Below, piece by piece: positions 1 through 12,801 of a DNA stretch of 64,000 nucleotides (position 1 is its first letter; the number at the start of each line of letters is the position of its first letter). The notes under the pieces are model-generated. The model was not told the origin of the DNA. It ran no database searches and worked only from the letters and a program-made list of their open reading frames with translations. The position numbers and the translations under genes are program-made. The DNA lies in contig NC_045697.1 in the NCBI RefSeq assembly GCF_009834535.1, positions 49,230,001 to 49,294,000 of the forward strand, read 5' to 3'. Source of the stretch: Camelus ferus (Eukaryota).

Positions 1-22
1 TCACACGCCTAACACTGCTTAC

Positions 23-55
23 CAGGTAATGAAAAAGTTTCTGGAATTTTCACTC
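23..55 (-). CDS. ART3: ART3 stalk mini-exon, 33 nt, (G)VKIPETFSLP
   Basis: Minus strand reads ttctttctcgtttag|GAGTGAAAATTCCAGAAACTTTTTCATTACCTG|gtaagc. Canonical AG/GT, phase 1-1. Resembles recalled human ART3 GMKIPEPFPLP. Confidence 0.88.
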
Positions 56-670
56 CTAAACGAGAAAGAAATTTTTAGTGACTTGAACTTTGCTCCAGTG
101 AGTACAATTTCCAAACTCTTTCTTGTCTGATGAGCTCAAGTGATGTAAATGCCAAGGGTCCCACTGTACTGTAGTTTTTGGCTTTTTACTTAAAAGTTCT
201 GGCTACATGAACCCTCACTGTGCAAATCCACAGCAAGCTCAGGAGCCTTCTGCCATGGCGCCTCACTGAGTCTGCCTCTAAGCAGGAGAATACTATGTTT
301 AATTACCTGGAGATCCTAGATGCCGCGATGTTAGCCAATGCTAACAGCTTCTGCACGAAGCTGAAGTTTCTATTGAGAACCTTTAGCTGTGGAATCTAAG
401 GCTGGACTGCATTCATCCAGGTCCCAGCAGCCTTGCCTTCAGCCATGCCCCCAATAAAGCTAACTTTCCTGCTCCAGAAACACATAAACACTAGGGAGGA
501 ACGGCACTTTTTCTACTCTCTTCCCCAGCTAAATCTTTGTAAAACGACTGGCAGGCAGCTGTAAAGGAAATACTACTGAATAACAGTCTCATGACAATAT
601 TCTCTTTAATACCTGGAAGAATCTTTCTCATCTCACACTTGAGCCCACAGAGTAAATAAAACTGTCTTAC

Positions 671-703
671 CAGGTATTTGGGTGGCTTCTTGGCCCTTCA
701 TAC
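671..703 (-). CDS. ART3: ART3 stalk mini-exon, 33 nt, (G)MKGQEATQIP
   Basis: Minus strand reads ttctgtctttag|GTATGAAGGGCCAAGAAGCCACCCAAATACCTG|gtaaga. Resembles human GVKILEPTQIP. Confidence 0.88.
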
Positions 704-1322
704 CTAAAGACAGAAATGAATTACTGGTTAGTGTTAATCAATTATCTTGCATTGTTAATACTCCCTTTTGTCTATACCTCTCCCATCTTTAACTCTTAAA
801 AAAAAAAAAAAAGGAAAAAGAAAGCAGTAACAACAAAAACACTTTTCAATTGCTCTTCATTCTCTAACTGGACAAAACCCAAACTCCTTATGCTGGATTT
901 CAAAAACTTCATGATGTGGCCTACATCTCTCCAACCTTATTTTCCTAAGGCAGTCCTAGTACACTGGATTTTAAATGAAACAGTATTGGGTCTAAGACTC
1001 TGCTTGGTTTAGTTCTAGTGTCATTATAGTTACGAGCTCTATGATTGGGAAGGCTTAATCCCGCTGACCTTCATTTCCTTATTTATGCAAAAGAAACATC
1101 TTGTAGGTTTGTAGTAAGTGATGATTAAAGGTGATACATCATAAAAGCGCTTGGCACATTACTGCATGGGATACAATAAGGTCTCAACAGCTAGAGTCCC
1201 TCTGTTTTGGCTTAACCCATTCCTCGACCTCTCCATGCCAGTTATGTCCCTCGTTCTAGGAGTCCTTGTGTGTCCTTCTAACCTTGCAGCTGGTCTCAGA
1301 GAGTGAGTAAAAGATCACTTAC

Positions 1323-1355
1323 CAGGTAAGTCGGTGGACTCCTGGTTTTTCATTC
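1323..1355 (-). CDS. ART3: ART3 stalk mini-exon, 33 nt, (G)MKNQESTDLP
   Basis: Minus strand reads tttttatctttag|GAATGAAAAACCAGGAGTCCACCGACTTACCTG|gtaagt. Perfect donor; paralogous to the neighbouring mini-exons. Confidence 0.8.
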
Positions 1356-1826
1356 CTAAAGATAAAAAAAAAGAATTATTTAGTGATGAATGCAATCAGC
1401 TTGAAATTTTAAGTTTATATTTATATGGCTATTTACAGTGCAAAACTCTGAAAGCTTTGAGAAATGGCAGGGAACAGGGTAAAAGAGAAGATGATTTAAC
1501 CCATTGGTAGCTGAATTATGGTGAGAATTATGACTAGTGACCCAGGATCTCTCCTAGCTTAAGCAAAATAAGCTCTTGTTTTTGTTTTGTTTTAATATTC
1601 AGCCCAAAGACTAGGATCTACATTTGTCATGATTTATTTTTTAAAAATAAAACTTCTTGATTATGTAAGTAATATAATTACAGTAAATTAGAGGAAACAC
1701 AGGATATTATTAAAAATTACTCATAATCTCAGATATCAGAGCTACTCATTCTTAATATTTTGGTATATTTCCTTTCAGCCTCTTTGCTATATGTATATGC
1801 ACATATACATTTTTTAGCATTTCCCC

Positions 1827-2110
1827 ATTTTATTGAGATATAACTGACATACAACACTGTATAATTCAAGGTGTACAGCATAATAACTTGATTTACATAT
1901 ATTGTGAAATAATTATCACAATAAGTTTAGTTAACATCCAGCATCTCACAGAGATTAAAAAAAAAGAAAGAAAAAAAATTTTTCCCCTTGCGGTAAGAAC
2001 TCTTAGGATCTATTCTCTTAACAATAACCATACAGCAATGGTAACTATAGTCATGTTGTACATTATATCCCCTGTACTTATTTATAACTGGAAGTTTGTA
2101 CCTTTTGACA
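1827..2110 (-). mobile_element. Old L1 (L1MA-like) 3' end fragment
   Basis: ttttattgagatataactgacatacaacactgtata...tttataactggaagtttgtacctttt is a typical antisense L1MA 3' UTR. Confidence 0.7.
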
Positions 2111-2195
2111 TTTTAAAATAAAGTTGATATTATACTCCATATGCTATTTTATATTCTATTTTCATTGCCATTGTATTATAACTGCTTTCTCATAT

Positions 2196-2332
2196 GTTTT
2201 TTAGTGTTTTTGGGGGGGAGGAGGAGGTAATTAGGTTTATTTATTTATGTTTACAGGCAGTACTGGGGATTGAACCCAGGACCTTGTGCATGCTAAGCAT
2301 GTGCTCTACCACTTGAACTATACCCTCCCCCC
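2196..2332 (-). mobile_element. tRNA-derived SINE (camelid Vic-1-like)
   Basis: Reverse complement GGGGAGGGTATAGTTCAAGTGGTAGAGCAC...GGTTCAATCCCCAG has Pol III A/B boxes and an A-rich tail. Direct repeat tctcatat at 2188-2195 and 2333-2340. Confidence 0.85.
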
Positions 2333-2563
2333 TCTCATATCTTTAAATACTTTTCAAAAACATGGCTTTTAAGTTGGTTGGTGTTTCATAATACGAATGT
2401 AATTTATTTAACAATACTCAACTGTTGAACACTAACATTGTTTATCAATTTTGGCTACCATAACACTGCATAAACATTTCTGTACATATTTCATACACAA
2501 ATTTTTATGTTTATTTCCTTAGGACAAATATTTAAAAGTGTTGCTAGGTTACAAGGTATGGAT

Positions 2564-2637
2564 TTTTTTTTAATTGAAGTACAGTCAGTTATAATGTGTC
2601 AATTTCTGGTGTAGAGCACAATGTCCCAGTCATGCAT
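2564..2637 (-). mobile_element. Extremely 5'-truncated L1 insertion (74 bp) with TSD
   Basis: Matches the 3' tip of the young L1s at 60-62 kb (gtgtcaatttctggtgtagagcacaat). TSD ggtatggat at 2555-2563 and 2638-2646. Confidence 0.75.
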
Positions 2638-3297
2638 GGTATGGATATTTTTAAGGCTACTGATACATACTATAGAAACTGTCCTCCAAAAAAGTTCCAG
2701 CTTATAGTCTCACAAGTAATTTATGAGTGTTTCCGTCCCAGCACCCTTGAAGAATGTAATTTTTAAAAGACAAAAAAACCTTGGGAATGCATCATACTTT
2801 GGAACATACTAAATAATCAAATAGATATAGCTAATAGCATCTGTTACTCAGATTGTTAGAAACAGAAATACATATACATATATAAAGTCATTATAACTTA
2901 GAAAAAAATACCATTTTTTATGCCTCTGAGGGACATCCTAGGTTACTATTGTTTGTGGAATAATCAGTTACACCTTCTATCCATGTAACACGTAGCAGCA
3001 TAAAGCAGAAAATAACAGGTTTTTCGGAACGTTCCTCATGTCTTGTCTAACTGCTTTGCTGGGTGACCTATGGATCGTTAGACGGAGACTCAGAGAGAGC
3101 TACTATGTTGTCCTTATGAAGAGGTCTATCTGGAACTCAGGAGGGTCTCTGATATACCAAAATATACCAAGCTGGTAAGCTAAGGTGCGTCTTGCCTTCT
3201 TCCCACTTGGTATTACCATGCCCTGCCCAATTGCTCTCGCCCCTAAGGGAGCAGCCTGGCAAATGTTAAGCCCCAAGAGTTTATGAAAATGTCTTAC

Positions 3298-3327
3298 CAG
3301 GGTCTTCAAGCTTCTGGTTTTTCTCAT
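3298..3327 (-). CDS. ART3: ART3 mini-exon, 30 nt, (D)EKNQKLEDP
   Basis: Minus strand reads ttttttaacttag|ATGAGAAAAACCAGAAGCTTGAAGACCCTG|gtaaga. Matches the human GEKNQKLEDH repeat unit. Confidence 0.92.
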
Positions 3328-4320
3328 CTAAGTTAAAAAAAGAAACTTACCAGTTTCAACAATAGAATAAAGTAATTGGGGGTTACCACAGTTATAGCAA
3401 AACTATTTTCAGGTAATATGGCATAAATATCCACTTGATACATCCAGTAAAATATGCTACTAAATTTAAGTGTCAGCCACAGTCTAAATGCACTTTGGCT
3501 AATTGGGCTGAACACTCCTCTGGCTCCTCCTACTAAGAAAAACTATCACGTATAACGAGTTTCGCAGGGGTCTCCACAAGCTAGAAAAATGTCTGTCTTG
3601 AAGGACTAGTTGAAGTCCTTGTAAAGTGACTAGTAAAACTTGTGGCTGCACTGGGTCAGTAAGAAGTGTTACTAAGCAAGTCCTCAGGGGCATGAAATGT
3701 TTCACATCAGGACAGGAAATATCTTCCAAACATCAAATAAACTGCATGCTTAAGGAAAGGCCAGACTCTTTTCTCTCTTCAATAAGGAAAAACCTATTGT
3801 AACTACATGGGCCAAATACAAAATAAGGAACTTAAATGCAAAGAAATGATTTGGGCCATATTACTGTAAGTGGAAACTTATTGTAAGGGGAAAAAAGCAT
3901 CTAATCACCCAGATGTTTTAGTTAAATGATACCAAACATCAGGTTATTTCAGAGAGGCAAATGACCAATTCTACTTTCATCTGAATGTTTGGTGTCACAC
4001 AGGCTAATCTCAATAACTGAATACAGAACTATATATAAGAGGCTTCAAACCTGTCAAGAACAACTAGCTCTTCAAGTCTGACTAACTTTATTTCTCAGAA
4101 TGTTTCCATGTTGTTCAGTTCTCCAGAGAGCCAACTCTCTCATTTGCAGGGAGGTAAATTTCCCCAGAATAGATTCTTTTTCCCCCTCTTACATCTGCCA
4201 TGTTACTCCTTCATTTGTACAAAGTACTCTTTTTCTTCAGCTAAGAATTGATTTGCTGAGCAGGAAAGAGCTATTAAATATCCACATAAGGATTATTTTT
4301 AAAAATTAGAGCATTCTTAC

Positions 4321-4353
4321 CAGGATTGTAGACATAGATAGGTTGAAAATATT
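4321..4353 (-). CDS. ART3: ART3 mini-exon, 33 nt, (E)YFQPIYVYNP
   Basis: Minus strand reads gtatttcag|AATATTTTCAACCTATCTATGTCTACAATCCTG|gtaaga. Identical to recalled human EYFQPIYVYNP. Confidence 0.95.
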
Positions 4354-5246
4354 CTGAAATACAAATATGTTTTCATTACATAGTACTATACACAGATGTG
4401 AATGTCAGGTTCAGGCTATTTTAAAGTGCTTATTAATAATAAAGATTTGAGTTAGCTTACATTCAGGATACATGCAAAATATGGCAATATGAGAAATATA
4501 AAATTTCCATCTCAAAAACAAATGGATGTAGATTCATTTTAATTATCTGAAGAAGAATTCATAGAAAAACTAGCCAGGAAGACAGCTAGAAATGGACCCT
4601 TATTTTCAAACTTTTTAATAAGGAAATCTTCAAAAGGATCCACCCAAAGCATGTATCATGCCAAGCCGTTTTCTGTCAACTCTGGTTGAAATCTGTTGGG
4701 TCTAATTTGATAATGCTGCTCCTTAATAGTCGGAGAATTCTTGTTTATCGTCCCAAGTCTTCCCCGTGGTCCTCTGAGAGAGACTATTTTCAGTTACACC
4801 CTCCTGTTTTCCCTGAGAAAGCCAAGACAGGCCATGTTACCATTCCTTCCCCTTGAGCCCTATTTACTCTATTCCTTCATCAGTCTCCCAAATACTACTT
4901 CCCAACATGTCCAAACACAGGAATGAGAGTCTAGCTCTGTACACAGGGGTCAAGTAAGGGTACTCAGGAGTCCTTAAGCTCCTGTAATGATAAGCTAGGG
5001 CCAGACTGGCATGGCCCCTGCATGCCCAAGACAATTGTACTGTTTTAGAGGACAGCCACAGGCAAGGCTGGGGTGGGAGGCTCCTGCACCCTCACCTGAA
5101 AAGGTAGTAGCAGAGGCATAACTCAGCCTTGAGAAAATTTTGGCAGACAGTATGACAGTGTGGTGGAGTGGCCCCGACCTATACCTGTGAGAAATAACAC
5201 TGATAAAGTTCCCATTACAGAGACAGAACGTGAAAGCATATCTTAC

Positions 5247-5279
5247 CCATGTTCTCAACACAATTTGCAGTTTTCAGTC
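5247..5279 (-). CDS. ART3: ART3 mini-exon, 33 nt, (G)LKTANCVENM
   Basis: Minus strand reads ttatgtttcag|GACTGAAAACTGCAAATTGTGTTGAGAACATGG|gtaaga. Human is GLKTENCIENL, with the Cys conserved. Confidence 0.95.
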
Positions 5280-5426
5280 CTGAAACATAAAGATAAAGCT
5301 TTATTAGTTAGACACAATCTACCCTACTAAAGATTTCAAATTAGTCTATGGCTGTTGGTAATCTAATCTGTCAGCTCCTAGTCTGTCAGACTTATAATTT
5401 AGTGGGAAGCAAATTACATTTTTGTT

Positions 5427-5522
5427 GGGAGGGTACAGCTCAGTGGTAGCGTAGGTGCTAGCCTGCACAAGGTCCTGGGTTCAATCCCCAGTACTTCCAG
5501 TAAAAATAAATAAATACATACA
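5427..5522 (+). mobile_element. tRNA-derived SINE (camelid Vic-1-like)
   Basis: gggagggtacagctcagtggtag...ggttcaatccccagtacttcca followed by an (aaat)n tail. Confidence 0.85.
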
Positions 5523-6961
5523 CAAAATACATTTTTATATTCATAGTACAGTCACCAAACAGTAGTAGATCTAAATAAAACATCTAACATTTCTGGAATT
5601 CAGTTTCCTTATCTGTATCTTTTACTGAGAGACTGTTTCAAATGACCTTCAAATTTCCATCCAAAAGCTAACATGGTATGATCCTATTCTATGATTAGTC
5701 TGCAAAAATTAGGAGAAAATTTATCTGTCTGTTTAATTAATCCTCTCTCCAGATATGAAATGTCCTTCTCAACAGCTAACCTATCCCTTTACCATGACAA
5801 TTGCTATCTACGAGGAACAAAGAATCTCAATCAGATCTTCAAGAATCTTGAATATATGAACAAATATCTTTTACATTCATACAGAGAAATAAAGTTGTTC
5901 TGCCCCAGAACACGGATCTGTATGTAAGGAAATTCACAATTCTTGGAGAAGAGGAACAGGTCATCAAATGGTATACCTCTATAAGGCCCTAGGAGGTCTT
6001 CTTGCTTGTGATGCCCTAGAAAAAAGTCGTGAGTGCTGCAGTGACACCCCTGAGACCTGACATACATAAGGGAATCTGCTAGCCTGCCCAGCAATGGTTA
6101 AGGCAAGAAATTCAGTGAGAGGGTGTTTAGATTTGGTGCCAGCATGAGCCATGAAGGGCTTCCCAGAATGTCACATGAAGGTCTATATATCATATATTCT
6201 CTTCTCCAAGCCTGGCTAACTCACTGACCTCATCTGGAAGTTCAGCTATCTGAGGATGAACCTCTCCATCTAAGATGGGGGTGGAGGTCCCTGAGAGGCC
6301 TGGCTTCACTATGAAATCTTCCTCTACAACTTGCTCTCAAATCCTGCTCATCCTGTGGAGTTTGAACCAAGAATCCAGGTGACTGGGTCCAGTTTCTACT
6401 GGTCCAGGAAATGGCACAAATCTGTAAGAATCTGGATGGTACCCTGAGGCTATCAGGCATTTGGCTACACAAGGAATTTTTAAAAACAGTTCTAGAAACT
6501 ATTAGTTATCTATCTTCTTCAGCATAGGAACTACTCTCAATTAAAAGAAAAAGAGAAATCCTCTGAAAGAACAAGCAATGAAACAGACTGGCTGTCTTCA
6601 GCTTTTTGTAAGTTGTACACGATGATGTTAACTTCCGTCTTGGCTGAGTTCCCAAGCACCATGGATATGCTTGTGTGGGTATACTTGTGACCTCAGTGGA
6701 TGGATGGATATTCATATAGTATTTTTTACTTCAGTAAATGAATATATATTTCACATGACCTCAGCAAAAAGATAGACATATCATACTGATCAGATCAAAA
6801 ACACTAGTATATGAAATGGGATGCTGACTTTGCTTCCAGTGGTTCTGTGGCTACTCTCCTCTGCCTGCAGAGGTTATCACAGAGCTTATCATTATGGAAA
6901 GAGGACAGCCAATTTGGGTCATCCTCAAGAGGAGGATGACAGACAATAATGGGTTGGGATT

Positions 6962-7503
6962 ATGGTAGGCAGCTTCTGACATGGCTCCCAATGATCCTGC
7001 CTCCTAATAGTCACACCCTTATGTAATCCTCTCCTTTTAAGTGTAGACTGAACCTAGCAACCTGCTTCTAGCAAGCAATATAGCAACAATGATGAGATGT
7101 CACTTCTGTGATTAGGCTTGCAAAAGACTGTGACTTGTGGTTACTCCCTCTGGCTCTCTCTCTTCCTCACTTTGATGAAGAAAGCTGCCATGCTGCGAGA
7201 TACTCTACGGAGTGGCCTATGTAGTTAGGAACAAGTGAGGCATCCAGCCAACAGCTCATGAAGAATGAAGGCTTTAGTCAACAACCTATAAGGAACAGAT
7301 TCCTGCCATCAGCCATGTGAGTAACCGGGAAGCAGATCTTCCCCAGTCAAGTCTTATGATGACTGCTACCTTGGGAGAGATGCAGAGTCAAAAGACTCAG
7401 CTACACTGCACCCAGATTCCTGACCCACAGCAACTATGAGACAATAAATGTTGTTTTAGCCACCAAATTTTAGAGTAATTTGTTATACAGTGATGGATAA
7501 TAT
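6962..7503 (+). mobile_element. MaLR solo LTR (MLT1-type)
   Basis: Starts ...ggtaggcagcttctgacatggctcccaatgatcc. Contains cccagattcctgacccacag...aataaatgttgttttagccacc, typical of MLT1. Confidence 0.75.
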
Positions 7504-7506
7504 AGG

Positions 7507-7886
7507 TGTGAGGGTCAGTTTTATGTGTCAACTTGTCTAAGATACAGTCCCCAGTTATTCAATCAAACATTAATGTAGTTGTTGCCTTGAAGGCATTTTG
7601 TGATGGGATTAAAATCTATAATCAGTTAACTTTACGTAAGGGAGATTATTCAAGAAAATCTGGTGGGCCTGATTCAAGCAGTTGAAAGGCCTTAAGAGCT
7701 TAGGCTTCCCAAAAGAAGAAACTCTGCCTGTGGAAAGCAGCTTCAGCTCATTTCCCAGGTGTTCCAACCTGCCCTTCCTGACAGCCTGACCTATGGATTT
7801 CAGACTTGTCTTGTCAGACCATACAATCATGCAAGCCAATTCCTTGCAACTGATTCAATTCCTCTGGCCGAACCTTGACTAATACA
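7507..7886 (+). mobile_element. ERVL solo LTR (MLT2-type)
   Basis: Termini tgtgagggtcagttttatgtgtcaactt ... gaaccttgactaataca. Confidence 0.75.
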
Positions 7887-10800
7887 ATCAGCATAAACAA
7901 GTCTGGGGGGTGAAAGTCTGGAGGACGTTGGTGATGAAGAGTTCTCCATTTTCCTATAAATATGGAATAAACAGTCTGAATAGCTTTCCAAAGGTTCTGG
8001 GCATTGATTCATAATGTGCATTTCTCATGGTGATGGATATGTCACTTCCTATCTGGCCTATCCATACAGAATCCTACTGACTCCCCAGTCCCAGACAACA
8101 GCACAGAAACTTCGTTATTTCCCGGGAAGGCTAAAAAAGAGTGTCTATCAGAATCACTGAAGGTACTTAATATTTCATAAGCCCTCAAGTACAAAGGGTG
8201 GACTTGTAAGAAATAAATCTGGATAGCCATGTGGGTTCATCTTAGTTATTCCTTTTGATGGCTTGGCAGACAGGCGGCTTAACAGGTGTGAGTTAGCTCA
8301 GCAAAACAGGCTCCAGCCACTGGAGCCCAGTGGCTCTGCTCTTCTAACCAGATTACTTTTCCAGCCTGGGAATGTTGACTTTCCCTGCCCCCATGACTCT
8401 ATTAATATGTAGAATATATTTTACCTGTATACAGTCTGGCCCCTCTCTAGAGAAACACTGTCCAAAATGCCAGATGATCGATACCCAGCCTGTTCAGTAA
8501 AACAATCAGAGTTCAGGGGATGATATATGCTCCACTTTTTTTCTGATTGTAAGTTTTCTTCCAACAAACCACATTATATCTGCATTGTAAAGTGTATGGA
8601 ATCCCAAAGCTAAGGCTTCCTACCAGGTATTTATAATTCATCTACAGCCCTCTCAATCTAAGGGCAGTTTTCTAATGGGATCGTTTTTAACAATAAGGAA
8701 AGTAGCTTGATTATATAGCTGACATTCTACTTTTAACAAGCTTTCTAGGAAAACAGTGTAGAAGAAGGTTAACTTGTGGTAATTTTCCCATGAAGAATGA
8801 TCAAAGGTTTTGTTACCATTTACTAACAGTTCACTCCCATAATCTTGGATTAATATGACTATCTTTGACCACCAGGAATTGTATTATCTAATGGGACACT
8901 GATATTCTCTCTACCTCCTAACCAACTGAACTATTTTCTTTAGCTAACTAGCTTTTGTAAGGCCAACACACATTTTTATCTTGGAAATCATAAGCAAGTT
9001 TTAAAAAGTAACAAAAAGGACTGTGTTAGTACAAAAAAATTAGTATAGTATATTTTTAACACTTTTAGAGATACTGCCTTTTTTCATCTAGAGTTATATT
9101 TAGTCACAATGGAATAAAGTTCTGATTATATCCTCTTGGCTTGAATTTTTAAAACTCCTAGTTATTATCCTTCATAGTGTTTCAAACAGCCTAACTTTAA
9201 TGATCACTTCAGGGAGTGTTTGATCCTGAGTTTCCGTTAGTTATCTACAGATGGCAGCAGAGGACACTGGTTAGACTCCAGTTCCGCATTAAAGCGATAC
9301 AATCAAGTGCAGGGGCTTGAATTTGTCAGAGCCCTCCTAACAAACAGCACACGTGAGCCTCCACAAAGGTTTTCTCTTGTGGCTGGTTTGAACATTAACC
9401 TACTGGGTAGCCTCTACCTGACTTTCTGGGCAAGCTCACAGGAGTGTGGCCATTCTTATCCCCCTTCCTCATGCTGGGCTCATGATGAACGTTCCCACTC
9501 AGGTCTGAGCCCTGGCTCATTCTGCATCAACCCAATGGCTCCAGCCTTTTTCTTCATCATAATCCTACTCACAAACATGGACTCTGTGGGTTCCATTGCC
9601 CACCTCTGTCCATCAATCAGATACCAGTGATTGATTGGCTTACAGTAGCTACTGCAGCCAGGGCTTGTATATAACCAACGCCTCTACAAATGGCATGTGA
9701 TTGAAAGAATCAGGAGCACCAAAAGTGGTATCATTTTGTCAGCCTAGCTGCAGCTGGATTCCTGCCTATCATGTGCTGATAAAATTGAGCAGTTTCTGAG
9801 CTGGAGAATGAAGGTCCTGATTTGCAGTGTTTGCTGATGTCTATGGTGTAACTCTCAATCATGGCCAATATTAAGCTACTTTGATGTTTGAGGAATAGGG
9901 AAGAGTATATGCCTACAGTCAGCTACTGTCAGCTACAGTCAACCAGTATGAGCCGGCTCCAAATGGCCTCGCTGGGTGAGGGAAACGGACACTTATCCTC
10001 TCAGCACAAATTAACTCACTCCAGTCTTCATCTGCCCCTTCCAGAAGAACATTCTCACTCAAAACTCAGAGCCAGGACTAGGGTGAGGCAAATGAGGTAC
10101 CTAGAGTACAAAATTTAAGAGTGCACTCACTCTTAGGATCATGCAAGTGCAGATGGTACAAATATACAACCCTAAGCATGAAGATTTCCTTAAATAATAG
10201 CTTCTACCATTAAATCAAAAGTGGACCAGCTCCCCTCCCAAACTGCCCCACCCTACCCCCTAAACCCTACGCAGGTATAATGTCCCATTAGTACTTCTCT
10301 ACCCATTCTTTTTTATCTCATAATCCCTTGGCACACTGAGTCAAGGTCTAAAAGTCTATCCCACTTCTAAGGCCCTATACTGCAATAATCACTCTGACCA
10401 GCAACCGTAGTTTTGGGTTCAGCTAGATAATCACACTCTTAAGACCCAGAAAGGCCACCCACTCATCAGTTTACTCAGTTTTGCAAAAGAATGCAAGGCA
10501 AGGAACACAGCATACTCTTTACAGGATAGCATGAGATATATACCTTCAATGCAAGTCTTCACAGCAGTCCAGGGCTATTCTTCAGCCCCCAGAACGACAT
10601 CTCAGGTACAAAGAAACAAGATTACACAGGTGGGTGCAGGATGCATCCTAGCAGTAGTCTCATTCCATATATAGAAGACAACATCTCTTTTACCAATCAG
10701 TCCATGAGTGTACTTTCAGGACTCGGCAAGAACACTTTGGTATGTCACATCACATTCAGGAATGTGCAAAACTATGACTTACCTCCAAGTATTAATAGTT

Positions 10801-10984
10801 CATTCACAACCTCTCAGCCCAGATGCACTTTACCAATCGAGGGTTATGTTTCCCATTAGGCAGTGTTACATGGTTACACAGCTGTCATTCCATCTTTAGT
10901 AGATTACAGACAAATAGTGCTAGAAGAAGGTCAACGGGAGGCTATTTTCATAGGATGGAGAAAGGGTTTGTTAACCCTTTACTC

Positions 10985-11620
10985 ATATACACCAAGGCAC
11001 AATATCATAAAATTTCAGGTTGCTAGGGATAAAGAAAACATCCTAAAGACTTCCAGAGGAAAAAAAAGCAGGTCTCATTCAAAGTTTTAGTAATTAGAAT
11101 GGCTTCATACTTTTTAACAGTAGCACCAGAAACTAAAAGACAATGGAAGAAAACCTCCAAAATTCCAAGGAAAATAACTTCTGAAACAGAAATATAAATC
11201 TATAAACTATTACTCAATCCTAAAGATAGATTTTTCAGATGCAAAATCTCAGAAGATTTGCCTCAGTGTTCTTTTTCTCAGAAAACTTCTGAAGATCTCC
11301 TACCTCTAAGGAGTAATTTAAGAAAGAGGAAGAAATCCAAGATATAGGGGATTCTTCACATGAGAGAAGCAAAAGAAAATCTCAGAATAGGAATGAGGAA
11401 AGATTTCAGAACATTTTCATAAAGCAAGACGATGGAATCCGGAAGAAATATATCCAGGAAAAAAATAGGGAGTATCTGATATGCCTAAATGTATTAAGAG
11501 GAGATTTATAGTTCTAACGATTCAGGGAATAAATTATTACTGGGACATTAAAAATTAAGGAAAGAGAAAATCATACAACTAATAGCTCCGGGATAAAATA
11601 AGTACTTAAAAAGTAAAAGG
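10985..11620 (+). mobile_element. Ancient L1 ORF1-region fragment
   Basis: The ORF at 10863 ends in TPRHNIIKFQVARDKENILKTSRGKK, an L1 ORF1p motif also seen at 60882-61427. Confidence 0.65.
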
Positions 11621-12379
11621 TACCAGTCTTTACTACACTGAGAGAACGGGAAGGGGAGATGCACAAATATTGAGGGGGGTGGTGGTTATCAGATACTTTA
11701 AATTTACTGACCTAACAGCCATTTCTAGTTCTCTTCTCCTCTGTTCCCTTACACAATAGAAACTGGAAAAGCTAATTACTCTATTTTCAAGATTTTCTTA
11801 TAGTAACAGATGACCAAGTAGCTGTTCTGGTCAGTGATACGCAATCAGAAGTCTACTTGGAGTTTCTGGGAAAGCTTTTACTCTCTTGATTAAACAGGCA
11901 GATCTGGCTGCCATCCTTCTTTCCTTTTTGTCTTGAACACAGACTGATGCCTACAGCTACCAAAAGTCACATTGCACACATAAATCAACAACCAAAATGC
12001 TAAAATTGGTGGACAAGAAAGACAAAAAGAGTCTACATACTGATGATGTTGCTAAGCCTCTGTACCAACTCTGGACAGTTCACCTCTAGATTTCTTATTA
12101 GACAAGAGCCACCAGGCAGGTTTTCTGTTACAGCTGAATAGAATAAAAAATTCCTAACTAATGCAGGATATATTAGAGCTAAGTACTCATTCTCTATTGT
12201 GGGAAGTAATAAACAATGTCTAAAATTTTTTAAATCAAGAAAGAATGTACTGAAGCATGTTAGTTACTTAGAAACATGACAGTAAGTACCTAAAAAAAAA
12301 AAAAAGAATACATAGCACTGAGGAGTGGGAATCGTGGACAGGAAGCAGTAGGTTGCTACTTTTCACTATAAGCCTTATA

Positions 12380-12571
12380 AGTAGGGTTTTGAGCCGGGTA
12401 CCTCTTTGCTGTTGGCGGGGGAGGAGCTATCCTGTGTTGTTTAGCAGTGTTCTCTGGCATATACCCACTAAATGCTAGTAGCAACTAGAGGTAGTTGGGA
12501 CAATTAAAAATGTTTCCAGCTACTGTCAACTGACCCTACAGGGCAAAACTGCCCCTGGTTGAGAACCACTG
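12380..12571. mobile_element. MER20 (hAT-Charlie) DNA transposon relic
   Basis: ...acaattaaaaatgtttccag...gggcaaaactgcccctggttgagaaccactg matches the MER20 end. Confidence 0.75.
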
Positions 12572-12801
12572 CCTTAAGTTACTATTTCATTTTTCTAACT
12601 TTCAATAATACTGTAAATGTATTATTTTGACAAAATTAAATTATGGAAAAGGAAACTAACATTATGAAAGAAGCTAGATGGAAGACATCAATATCTGTTC
12701 TCCTTTCAAACGCCTCCCAATTTCCTTCCCGATCTCTCCTTGGGCCTACAATACCCACTCCTTCCCTCCCAGACAAGCACAGACCGAACAGAGACACTTA
12801 C

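Noticed and set aside
3328..3362. Strong donor-like CTG|gtaagt at 3351/3350 on the minus strand
   Set aside because: It is only 23 nt from the next acceptor, too short for an intron, and no ART3-like peptide lies upstream.
5900..6480. Possible ancient retroviral gag-like remnant
   Set aside because: Only a vague impression, with many stops and no motif I can name confidently.
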